Under the pieces are notes generated by a model, which did not search any database, was not told the DNA's origin, and worked only from the letters and a program-made list of their open reading frames with translations. Shown piece after piece: positions 9,182-18,195 of a DNA stretch of 64,000 bases (within the stretch, counting starts at the first letter, position 1; every line of letters starts with the position of its first letter). Position numbers and translations under genes: made by a program. The DNA is from Candidatus Omnitrophota bacterium (lineage in GTDB: Bacteria; Omnitrophota; Gorgyraeia; Zapsychrales; Fredricksoniimonadaceae), in NCBI GenBank assembly GCA_903860135.1, contig CAIOPG010000009.1, positions 111,805 to 175,804 on the forward strand, given 5' to 3'.

Positions 9182-9889
9182 TTACGACAGATTTTCTTCC
9201 TTATGCCCACGCTCCCGCCCTGAATACACCGTCCTCGGTGGGACAATGGTGCCCTTGGGAACGATAACGCCGGGGGCGATGATGGCGTGATCGCCGATCT
9301 CGACGCCGGGCATGATCACGGAGTTTAATCCTACAACGACATGCGCCCCGATCTTGACCTTCTTTAACTTCAGCCCCTTGCGCTCGAACAAATGGCAAAT
9401 GACCGTGGCATTGCCGCCAATGACCGTATTATCGCCGATCTCCAGTAATGAAAGGTCTGCCACATTCTTGGAGTTGATCTGCACATTCAAGCCAAGCTTT
9501 GCCCCCATCATGCGGTAAAAAAGATTCGCAAAGGGCGTCAAGAGCATGAAATCCATGAAGAACGCCTTGACCGCCTGCACGAGCGCGTTCAAGAAGAACC
9601 ACTTGAAAAGTTCGCCGTCCTTAAATCCAAAAGAGCCTTCCTTGAGCCGAAGGCACAGCAATATATTCAACATGCCTACAAAGAACATCAGCGTCAAACC
9701 AAAGAAAAAGAAACCGGCAGCGATTCCAATACCCAGCGCCAACGCGCGGTGAAAGCTTGGCCAATCCGCCGAAACCTGGATCAAATTCAACAACACCGCC
9801 AGCGCCGGTGCCAGCGCCGCCCCGACGACCAAGGCGCCAAGGAAATATAAGAACACCACAATAACGCCCTGCACGATCGCTCGGATCAT
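9182..9889 (-). CDS. Membrane-anchored hexapeptide-repeat (left-handed beta-helix) acyl/acetyltransferase family protein
   Basis: Two to three N-terminal TM helices are followed by hexapeptide repeats (IGDNTVIGGNATV ... IGAHVVVGLNSVIMPGVEIGDHAIIAPGVIV). Confidence 0.65.
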   Translation of the reverse strand: MIRAIVQGVIVVFLYFLGALVVGAALAPALAVLLNLIQVSADWPSFHRALALGIGIAAGFFFFGLTLMFFVGMLNILLCLRLKEGSFGFKDGELFKWFFLNALVQAVKAFFMDFMLLTPFANLFYRMMGAKLGLNVQINSKNVADLSLLEIGDNTVIGGNATVICHLFERKGLKLKKVKIGAHVVVGLNSVIMPGVEIGDHAIIAPGVIVPKGTIVPPRTVYSGRERGHKEENLS

Positions 9890-10004
9890 AAATGATCCCC
9901 CCTATACCAATTGTTTAATATTGCAGAATAACCCCATCCTATCGGCTTTCAGTTTCACTCTCCGTGTCACTTAAATATGACCATTCAAATTGAACAATCA
10001 AAGT

Positions 10005-11195
10005 TCACTTCTTTGAAATGAACTTTGGCATTGCCCGCCGCATAAACTCATCAAAGAGTGGAACTGTGAATGCCACATCACCATATGTTGGACTATAAAT
10101 CATCCCTTTATTGATCAAATTCGCGCGTGTTGGCCCAATGCTGTTTAACTTAACACCTAAGATATCTGCAATATCTCCCGTCCGCTGAACATCCGCGCCT
10201 AAATGAGCCATGGCCCGAAGATATTCTTTTTCTCGTGGAGTAAGCCGATCAAAACGAACACGAAAGAAATTCTCATCCAATCGTTTTATAACGGTTGCTG
10301 TGGCTTTCTGGACATCCAATAAAGAGATCGAGGATTTCTCTGCATAATTCCAAGACTGGTAGCCCCATTCCTGAATAAAATATGGATACCCTTGTGTTAA
10401 CCGAATGATTTCTTTGATGGCATCGCCAGAAAACTTAACGCCGGCACGCACAACCGGATCTTGAAGTGCTTTCGTCGCATCAGAAGATGAGAGCGGCCCT
10501 ATTTCAGGAAATTCAAAAAGCCGTTCGGCATACGATTTAGACTCACCCGCAAGCCTTGTCAATATAGGAAGTCCAGCAGCTAATAAAACCAAAGGCAATT
10601 GCCTCTGTTGCATTTTATGCATCGCCATTATTAAAGCACTTAATTCTTTCTCAGACAGATACTGAATCTCATCAATTAACAACGCCACTGCCGTCCCTCG
10701 ATCCTGGGCGGCTTCAGCCACAGCAATAAATAGATTTGAAAGATCAGCTTCCAGATCGCCACTGTCGGCCGTACCTCGCTCTGGTTCAATATCAAGACCA
10801 AATTCAATGTCCGCAACTTTAACCTTTATGGCACTTATAAAACTTCTAAGCACCCCGAGACCGCGACGAACCTTTGCGCTCGCCCCCTTCTCTCGATCCA
10901 GTTCAAAAAGTAACCGCCGCAAATGAGGTGTCAATAATGCGGCCAAACCTTTATCTTCATGCGCTTCCAGCGTGATCGTATGATAAGCGGAATTTCTTGC
11001 TAATCTCTCGACCTCATTGAGAAGAACTGTTTTTCCCACTCCCCTCAATCCAACAAAAAGCAAACTCTTCTCGGAACGGCGTTGACGCACTCGCCCTAAA
11101 AGAACTTTAGATTTCTCGATTATTTGATCGCGACCAACTAATTCAGGAGGTGGTGAACCAGCTCCTGGTGAAAATGGATTTGCAATATGATCCAT
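10005..11195 (-). CDS. AAA-type ATP-binding protein (archaeal-ATPase/ORC-Cdc6-like family) with a C-terminal winged-helix-like region
   Basis: It has a Walker A motif (GLRGVGKT) and Walker B motif (LLIDEIQYL), and the N-terminal motif NPFSPGAGSPPPELVGRD. The preferred start is the ATG at 11195, which has a GGAGGA Shine-Dalgarno; the ORF track uses a TTG at 11207. Confidence 0.7.
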   Translation of the reverse strand: MDHIANPFSPGAGSPPPELVGRDQIIEKSKVLLGRVRQRRSEKSLLFVGLRGVGKTVLLNEVERLARNSAYHTITLEAHEDKGLAALLTPHLRRLLFELDREKGASAKVRRGLGVLRSFISAIKVKVADIEFGLDIEPERGTADSGDLEADLSNLFIAVAEAAQDRGTAVALLIDEIQYLSEKELSALIMAMHKMQQRQLPLVLLAAGLPILTRLAGESKSYAERLFEFPEIGPLSSSDATKALQDPVVRAGVKFSGDAIKEIIRLTQGYPYFIQEWGYQSWNYAEKSSISLLDVQKATATVIKRLDENFFRVRFDRLTPREKEYLRAMAHLGADVQRTGDIADILGVKLNSIGPTRANLINKGMIYSPTYGDVAFTVPLFDEFMRRAMPKFISKK

Positions 11196-11273
11196 ACAAT
11201 CCTCCAAATGTTATAGCAAGTTATACATAGTTATAGCATAATTATCGTATAACTACAAATAACTTAGTATAAC
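11196..11273. promoter_or_regulatory. Operator-like imperfect palindrome: three GTTATA half-sites followed by three TATAAC/ATAACT half-sites
   Basis: The sequence is GTTATAGCAAGTTATACATAGTTATAGCATAATTATCGTATAACTACAAATAACTTAGTATAACT. It lies directly upstream of the ATPase gene. Confidence 0.4.
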
Positions 11274-13538
11274 TCAAATATCACGACAAGCCCGCTGATC
11301 CTGATTACCAACCTTATCTATCCCAAAGCGCGTATACACATACGAAACCCCCAGGAACAATACACCGAGCACGATCAGGGTGATAATCTTGAAAATGATA
11401 TCCAGCCCTGACAATTCGATCAGCACCACGCGTCCCAGCGTCAGTGCCAACAATAGCATGCCGCCCATCCGTTCGGTCTTGTTGCCGGTAAAGAAACCCG
11501 CAAGGATGACAACAACACTGGCAACCCCAAGGCCCAGCGATATCAACGACGGGGCAACATACTGGTGCACGGCAATAACAAGAACAATAAGTCCAGCGAA
11601 GAACGCTACTTCAGCTTCCTTCTCAAGAAAGGGAACGCTTGTTGGCCGAGTGGTGATCCTTTTGATCAAATAATAAAAAACAAATAGCGCTGCAACATCA
11701 CAACTCACAATGAACCAACCCAGGAACATATTGTACGGGGCAATATGATCAAACAGCAACACAACCGCCCCGAGTGCCATAGCCAGCCAGGCATAAGCCC
11801 TGAATCGCCTTAGATCAAGGACAAAACTTAATACCAATAGCACCAAGCCCGCGACAGATAAAGCAAATGCCACCCATGGCTCACGCACGAACGTACTCAC
11901 CCATAAGGTCGCATACATCACAGCCGCCAATGAAAAAAGCTGATCGAACAGATGATCAACCCCATCAGGCGTTGCCGCTTGCTTCATGCGCTGCAGCCAG
12001 TAGAAACATACCCCGGCAGAAACCGCCGCCAGAAAATAAATGCATCCATACCAGCTCCACACGATCCCCAGGAAATGAATATACGACGGGTACTCCAACC
12101 CGAGCAACACTATCTTTAAAGCTGTGCCGACCGCCAGGGCATACGCCAGATAACGGTATACCCGCTCCTTGCCATACACCCCGACGAACAATAAGAACGG
12201 GATCTCGATCAACCATAACGTCAAGGCCGTGGTCGGCAAAAATTTTATCGCAATGGCCAATGTCATGGCACTCACAGCGGCCACAATATCGCTGATAAAC
12301 ATTTTCTCCTGTTTTTGTTGCTTCATCCACAAGGCCAACAACCAATAGACCAATCCAGTACCAAGAAAGAATACAAACATCTGATCATGGAACAGATGGA
12401 TTAGTCTATAGGAAAGAAGGCTGTATAGGACAATATTCCTCAAATTCGTAGCCGCGACAACACGCTCTTTCACGGGATCAGTGCTCACTTTTATCAGATG
12501 AACGCCGGCAAGAAAGACAGCCCCATATGCCGTCAGGAATGTAAGGTTCAATAAATTTTGTTCGTGCGATGAAAAAAGCTGAGGCGTTACCCACATGCCA
12601 TGGATGCCATAGGTCACGATGACCCCCAAGGCAAGGATGTTGACCCACTGAAACTTATAAACCATGAACAATATGATAGCCGCCAGCAACAATAAACTGA
12701 CAAGCGTAAACGGTGTGACACTGCCGACAGTCAACGTCAAATACGCCACACCAACAACAACCGCCATCATTGACTCTGATCTATAACGTACGCCATGAAC
12801 CATCATGCCCGCGACAACCACGGCCAGCAGGAACGAATTTATCCCCTCACTGGCCAATATCCTTGATGCTTCAAAATGATGCATCGCGTAGGTCGTAAAA
12901 TATATGATCGCCCAGGCACCGCCCAAAAGAACCCGTCCATACGCCATGAACTTCTCCTTAGATTCCAGCCGGAGTCCGACGAAGAATAGGGCAACCCCGA
13001 CCAGATACCCGAAAGCAACCCGCACGAATGGCCCAAAATATTGGAACGAATAACTGATCAGAAACGCCACGCCCAGCGCCAGGATCGCGATCCCGATCTT
13101 GTTCAACCAGTTGCGCCCGAAATCCAGTTCCATATCAGCGGGCCTGACAGGATTTTCATCGGCAACGGCAATCTCTTCAGGCAAGCTCTCCTTAACACTA
13201 ACAACATCATTGCGGGCATCAAATGCCTGAATGGCCGTGCCTCCTTCCGCAAGTTTGCCCATCAACATTTCCAGATTCTTCGCCCTTGCCTCGAGCGCGC
13301 CCAATGATCGTTGCAATTCCCCCAGCTGACGTCGGGCATCGTGAAGATCATGGGCTCCCGGCACTGCAACATCCAACGGATCTTTCTTTGATGGAAGCAC
13401 GAGCGCTATAAGCACAGCCAACGGACCTGTAAAAACCGCCAAGGCAAAGAATAGCCAAGCCCCAAGTTTCTTCTGATCGGCAAGGTACAGCGTGGCGATA
13501 ATGGATATACACCAAATCGATGTAAAGAAGCTATGCAT
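11274..13538 (-). CDS. Large polytopic membrane protein with an N-terminal coiled coil (DUF2339-like)
   Basis: At 754 aa it has 20 or more hydrophobic segments and an N-terminal coiled coil (RRQLGELQRSLGALEARAKNLEMLMGKL). Confidence 0.55.
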   Translation of the reverse strand: MHSFFTSIWCISIIATLYLADQKKLGAWLFFALAVFTGPLAVLIALVLPSKKDPLDVAVPGAHDLHDARRQLGELQRSLGALEARAKNLEMLMGKLAEGGTAIQAFDARNDVVSVKESLPEEIAVADENPVRPADMELDFGRNWLNKIGIAILALGVAFLISYSFQYFGPFVRVAFGYLVGVALFFVGLRLESKEKFMAYGRVLLGGAWAIIYFTTYAMHHFEASRILASEGINSFLLAVVVAGMMVHGVRYRSESMMAVVVGVAYLTLTVGSVTPFTLVSLLLLAAIILFMVYKFQWVNILALGVIVTYGIHGMWVTPQLFSSHEQNLLNLTFLTAYGAVFLAGVHLIKVSTDPVKERVVAATNLRNIVLYSLLSYRLIHLFHDQMFVFFLGTGLVYWLLALWMKQQKQEKMFISDIVAAVSAMTLAIAIKFLPTTALTLWLIEIPFLLFVGVYGKERVYRYLAYALAVGTALKIVLLGLEYPSYIHFLGIVWSWYGCIYFLAAVSAGVCFYWLQRMKQAATPDGVDHLFDQLFSLAAVMYATLWVSTFVREPWVAFALSVAGLVLLVLSFVLDLRRFRAYAWLAMALGAVVLLFDHIAPYNMFLGWFIVSCDVAALFVFYYLIKRITTRPTSVPFLEKEAEVAFFAGLIVLVIAVHQYVAPSLISLGLGVASVVVILAGFFTGNKTERMGGMLLLALTLGRVVLIELSGLDIIFKIITLIVLGVLFLGVSYVYTRFGIDKVGNQDQRACRDI

Positions 13539-13552
13539 AAAAACACCTTTCG

Positions 13553-14284
13553 TTATAAGGTTTCTTTAAACCACGCCCAACACACCCCCATAAACTTCTC
13601 CGGTGCCTGGTCGAACATCGTCTCGGCATGACCCAATTTCTCGAGGATCACGAGCTTCTTGGGCTCCCTGGCCTGTGCAAATAATTTCCGGCTGTGCGCG
13701 GCGTTGATAAGCCAGTCATCGGCCCCATGCACAAACAAAACTGGCCGGGGAGCAATGCGCGCAACAACGTCGATGGGGGCTGTCTTGGGTTCCCATGGAT
13801 GCCCCGGACGAACCCCTTTGCCCCGTGCTTTATGTCCCATATTCAACTTTAAATCATCAAGCATTCCAGGTTTCCAGAACTGATAATCAATCTTCCAGAA
13901 ATCATACGGAGCGCTCACCGCGATCAGGGTTTTGATGTCAGGATTTTGTGCCGTTTCCAGCAGACTGATCGCGGCTCCCAACGAAAACCCCATCAAGCCG
14001 ATCGCCTCATACCCGCAGGTTTTCACATGATCGATCACGGCTTTTAAATCCGCGCATTCCCGGGATGTCCATGTGAAAAGCCCCGAACTTTTTCCATGCC
14101 CGCGGAAATCAAAAGCCACGACATCGTAATGAACAGCCAGGGCGTTAGCCATCGCACGAAAAAGATAGGCGTCTTTGGTATTGAAGAACCCATGTGCCAG
14201 GATAACCACCTTGTGGAACCCCTGCGCATGATGCACGGCTTCAATGCGATGTCCATCCTGGGTTTTTAACGTCACCTCACGCAT
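13553..14284 (-). CDS. Alpha/beta-hydrolase fold esterase/lipase (GxSxG)
   Basis: It has a GFSLGA nucleophile elbow and an HGFF oxyanion region. It overlaps the upstream aas-like gene by 8 nt. Confidence 0.75.
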   Translation of the reverse strand: MREVTLKTQDGHRIEAVHHAQGFHKVVILAHGFFNTKDAYLFRAMANALAVHYDVVAFDFRGHGKSSGLFTWTSRECADLKAVIDHVKTCGYEAIGLMGFSLGAAISLLETAQNPDIKTLIAVSAPYDFWKIDYQFWKPGMLDDLKLNMGHKARGKGVRPGHPWEPKTAPIDVVARIAPRPVLFVHGADDWLINAAHSRKLFAQAREPKKLVILEKLGHAETMFDQAPEKFMGVCWAWFKETL

Positions 14285-17200
14285 CAGTCTTACCTTTACT
14301 GGCTGCGGTCAATTCCTGGGCCAAAGCCTTGATGCGCTTTAAATCCGTCTTGCCCGTCCCCAAAACAGGGATCGCCTCAATGCGGTAAAAGTTATCTTTC
14401 TTGGGTATCCATAAATTGGGGATCCCTTTGCTGACCAGCGACGCGCATACTGCCTCAACATCCATATCAACCGTATGCACCACGACCAGCTTCTCGCCTT
14501 TCTTCTCATCGGCCACAGCGGTGACGGCCACCACCGGATCCGTCGCCCCGATCGCTTCCATGATATTTTCTTCAACCTTAATATGCGGCACCATCTCACC
14601 GCCGATCTTGCTGAAACGGCTCAGGCGGTCGGTGATCTTGATAAACCCGTCTGCGTCGATCGTGGCAATATCGCCGGTGATATACCAGCCATCCTTGAGG
14701 ACCTCAGCTGTTTTCCCGGGATTATTCAAATATCCCTTCATCACATTAGCGCCTTTAACCAAAAGCAACCCATCCTGATCCGGCCCCTTGAGTTCAAAGG
14801 TATCCGGGTCGACCACCTTGGCCGCTACTCCTGGGATAGGATGCCCTACTTTGCCGAACTTGTGGCCGGTCTGTGTGGCGTCAGCTCCTCCCTTATAATG
14901 CGGAAACCCGACGGTCACAATCGGCGACAGTTCGGTTGCGCCATAGCCTTCGAACGGAACAAACCCAAACTTTTCCTGAAAAGCCTGCGCCAATGGCTCT
15001 TTCAGTTTCTCGGCGCCGACAACGGCCATGCGCACGGTAGCAAACTGTTCTTTTGTGCATTTCTTGACATACGCTGACAAGAAGGTCGGCGTTCCCATCA
15101 GGATCGTCCCTTTGTATTTTAAGGCCAGTTTGCCGATGGTACCGGCATCGAGCGGATTGGTGTGGTAAACAACACCGACAGCCGTGCCGACGGGGAAACA
15201 CAGGGTCGCGGTGAATCCAAAAGAATGGAAAAATGGCAATGCCGCCACCACCACATCGTTCTTCTGTATATTAAAAACCTGATACAACCCTTCGATATTG
15301 GAAAAAACATTAGCGTGCGTCAATTGAACCCCCTTGGGTTCGCCTGTCGAACCGCTTGAGAATATCACGGTCGCCGTCTCATCCACGTTGAGCTTGTCAC
15401 CGCGCACAAACAGGGCACTCAAGGCCCGGGCAGGCAAGATAAACGCCGCCAAGAAATACAGCCCCGCCGCCATAGGATGGATCCGGACCTTGATATCCTC
15501 CAGAAAGACCATCTCCGGCTTAACGGCAATCCCGGCTTTCTCCACGAAGGCCCGTGACGTGATGATCATCCGCATGGCGCACTGCCTGACACAGGAATCA
15601 AATGCTTCCGCCGAAAGCGTAAAGTTCAGATTAACGGGAATCTTGCCCGCGAATGCCACTGCCAGATTACACATAGCCGCCATGCATGATGACGGTAATA
15701 ATATTCCTACCATATCCGGAGAATCTTTTAACTGACGCACGGGATGAAACAATACCCTCGCCATGGCAACTACCCCGGCAAAAACCTGGGGATATGTCAG
15801 GTGTGTGCCCATCGAGTCTGCCATACAGGATTTGAACGGATGGCGTTTCACTTCGTCGACAAACGCCAGATGCAGTTTCTTGCGCCATGCCCCGCGTAAA
15901 ATGTTTGCCTCCGCTCCGAGCTCCTGCACGGTCAGTCGAACCTCATGCACCTTTGCCGTAGCAGGCATCGCTTTCCCGAAAACAATAGATACCGGATAAA
16001 GTGTAAAACGCGGGATCTTCCAGAAATAACGGCCATGGGCAAACGTATAAATACTACCCCAGATATTATCGAGATACAGCGGGATGATCGGTGCCGTGAG
16101 CCCTTTCATGATGTGTTCAAAACCTTTATTAAACGGCAGCATATTCCCTGTCCGCGTTAAATGCCCTTCAGGGAAAATACATACCAGCTCACCGCTTTCG
16201 ATCGCTTGCCTCGCGGTTAAAAGGGCGGTCATGATGGCTTTGGGACCTTCAGAACTATCGATCGGGATCACCTTAAGGATACGGCAAAAAAGATTGATCA
16301 CCGGAAGTGCATACATCTTGCGATACATGATAAAGCGTACCGGGCGTTTGAGGGCCGCGAGGATCAGGATCGCATCAACATAGGAAATGTGATTGGCAAT
16401 GAGCAGCGCCCCGCCTTCTTCCGGCACATGCGCACTGTTGACCACGCGCAATTTATAGATCGAATGCGCCAACAGCCAATTCACCAGACGCACCAGCGCG
16501 ATGGGTAAGGTCACGACGATATAGATCGTGGCCAAGAGCGCCATCCCCGCGATGATCCAGAAGATCTTGTCCGGACCGATCGCCAGCTGTCCTCCAAAAT
16601 ACCAAAGGAATGCCCCGGCCACCAATGACCCGCACGCTGAAACCATATTAAGCACAGACAGATACTGCCCGCGCTCTGCCGTCGGGCTCCAGCGCTGGAA
16701 GAACGCATTGAGCGGCACGGTATAAAACCCGGCGCAAACGCCGAGGATAAACAACAGGATCATGGCCATATTAAAATGACCGCCCCATCCCAGCAAGAAC
16801 GACATCAGTGTCATCCCTAGGGCACCCAGCGGCACGAGGCCGAGCTCGACTTTCTTTTCCGACGCCGCTCCCGCCCAGACACTCCCGGCGGCAATGCCCA
16901 GGGAAACGGCAACAAGAAGGATGCTGATATGCACCTGGTCAACTGCCAGCACATGCGCCCCGTAAACAAGGATGTTCATCTGAAATACAGCCCCCAGAAA
17001 ACTAAAGAAAGCCAGGGCGATCATCGTCAGGAAAAGCCCCTTGTCTTTGAGTATCCCTGAAAACGCATTGCCCGCACCGGAAAAAAATCCCTGTGGCAAT
17101 GTGTTGATCGGCTGTTCTGCGCGGATCAAGAAACTAACACCAAACCCTACCAAAGCCAGAGCCGCCATCACAAACCCGACACTAAACAAATGCCCTGAAA

Positions 17201-17735
17201 GGATCTTGAACAATAGCCCGCCCGCCGCTGTGCCCAAGATGATCCCGCTAAAAGTACACAACTGAAAATACCCGTTGCCCCGCGAAAGCTCTTCCTCATC
17301 CAACATCTCCGGCAATATCCCCAGCTTGGCCGGGCTGAACAGAGCACTATCGATCATGAACAATAATAATGCCCCACACAAAAACCATAAATCCCCCGTT
17401 GACAAAGCCCATGCGCCCAGGAGTGCCAGCCCGATCTTGACCAGCCCCATCAGAATAATAATGGTGCGCTTGTTGAAACGATCTGATAAATACCCCGCCA
17501 GCGGCGATAATATAATAAAAGGAAGGACATATAAGATCCCGACGATACTGACTGCGGCCGCCGCTTCACCGGCAGACACCAATACCTGAAGGGCATACAA
17601 GGACACCACCACTTTCAACAAGCTGTCCGTGACAGCTCCCAGGAATTGCGCCCCGAGCAGGGCTTTAAACGATACCGACTGGCACGTCTTGTCCATGATA
17701 ATCCTCCTCGATAAGCCCCCACATATCTTCGCCAT
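14277..17735 (-). CDS. aas: Tri-domain fusion: MFS lysophospholipid transporter (LplT-like) + PlsC-type acyltransferase + AMP-binding acyl-ACP/CoA synthetase (Aas-like)
   Basis: About 400 aa of MFS transmembrane helices come first. Then follows the HxxxxD acyltransferase motif (ANHISYVDAILI), then the AMP-binding motif IFSSGSTGEPKGVQLTH. The total is 1152 aa. Confidence 0.8.
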   Translation of the reverse strand: MAKICGGLSRRIIMDKTCQSVSFKALLGAQFLGAVTDSLLKVVVSLYALQVLVSAGEAAAAVSIVGILYVLPFIILSPLAGYLSDRFNKRTIIILMGLVKIGLALLGAWALSTGDLWFLCGALLLFMIDSALFSPAKLGILPEMLDEEELSRGNGYFQLCTFSGIILGTAAGGLLFKILSGHLFSVGFVMAALALVGFGVSFLIRAEQPINTLPQGFFSGAGNAFSGILKDKGLFLTMIALAFFSFLGAVFQMNILVYGAHVLAVDQVHISILLVAVSLGIAAGSVWAGAASEKKVELGLVPLGALGMTLMSFLLGWGGHFNMAMILLFILGVCAGFYTVPLNAFFQRWSPTAERGQYLSVLNMVSACGSLVAGAFLWYFGGQLAIGPDKIFWIIAGMALLATIYIVVTLPIALVRLVNWLLAHSIYKLRVVNSAHVPEEGGALLIANHISYVDAILILAALKRPVRFIMYRKMYALPVINLFCRILKVIPIDSSEGPKAIMTALLTARQAIESGELVCIFPEGHLTRTGNMLPFNKGFEHIMKGLTAPIIPLYLDNIWGSIYTFAHGRYFWKIPRFTLYPVSIVFGKAMPATAKVHEVRLTVQELGAEANILRGAWRKKLHLAFVDEVKRHPFKSCMADSMGTHLTYPQVFAGVVAMARVLFHPVRQLKDSPDMVGILLPSSCMAAMCNLAVAFAGKIPVNLNFTLSAEAFDSCVRQCAMRMIITSRAFVEKAGIAVKPEMVFLEDIKVRIHPMAAGLYFLAAFILPARALSALFVRGDKLNVDETATVIFSSGSTGEPKGVQLTHANVFSNIEGLYQVFNIQKNDVVVAALPFFHSFGFTATLCFPVGTAVGVVYHTNPLDAGTIGKLALKYKGTILMGTPTFLSAYVKKCTKEQFATVRMAVVGAEKLKEPLAQAFQEKFGFVPFEGYGATELSPIVTVGFPHYKGGADATQTGHKFGKVGHPIPGVAAKVVDPDTFELKGPDQDGLLLVKGANVMKGYLNNPGKTAEVLKDGWYITGDIATIDADGFIKITDRLSRFSKIGGEMVPHIKVEENIMEAIGATDPVVAVTAVADEKKGEKLVVVHTVDMDVEAVCASLVSKGIPNLWIPKKDNFYRIEAIPVLGTGKTDLKRIKALAQELTAASKGKTDA

Positions 17736-18195
17736 CTCTTCATTCTAACTTGATTATTTTTCCTTAAAAGATATAAACTAAATATGTGCTCGTGACACAT
17801 ATACTGGCACTTGAATATATCCGGCACATGATAATCCCGACAACCCCCGAATATAACATCCCCACCCCAGGATCAACGCTACGGCAACAAACAAACTGAT
17901 CAGCCAGAAATTGATATCAATTTTCATGCCACACCTCTAAGCTATGGTCACGCCGTATTGAATCATTTTCCCTACCTCAAAAAATCCTGACATATACCAA
18001 TCTTTAACCATCTTTAACAGCCGCCACATGACACCCTCCTTAACTAGTCATCTATTGACCTATCAACTATCGAGATAAAAAAATAAAATGATAAAAATGA
18101 TTTGATCGAACTTCTCAAAACTTAACACCTAATAGTTGACTTGTCAACATATAAGAATGTGCTACTTATTGACAGGATAAGTATCTTGGATATAT

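Noticed and set aside
9099-9290. 63-aa plus-strand ORF overlapping the 3' end of the hexapeptide-repeat gene
   Set aside because: It is antisense to and nested in a supported CDS, with no RBS.
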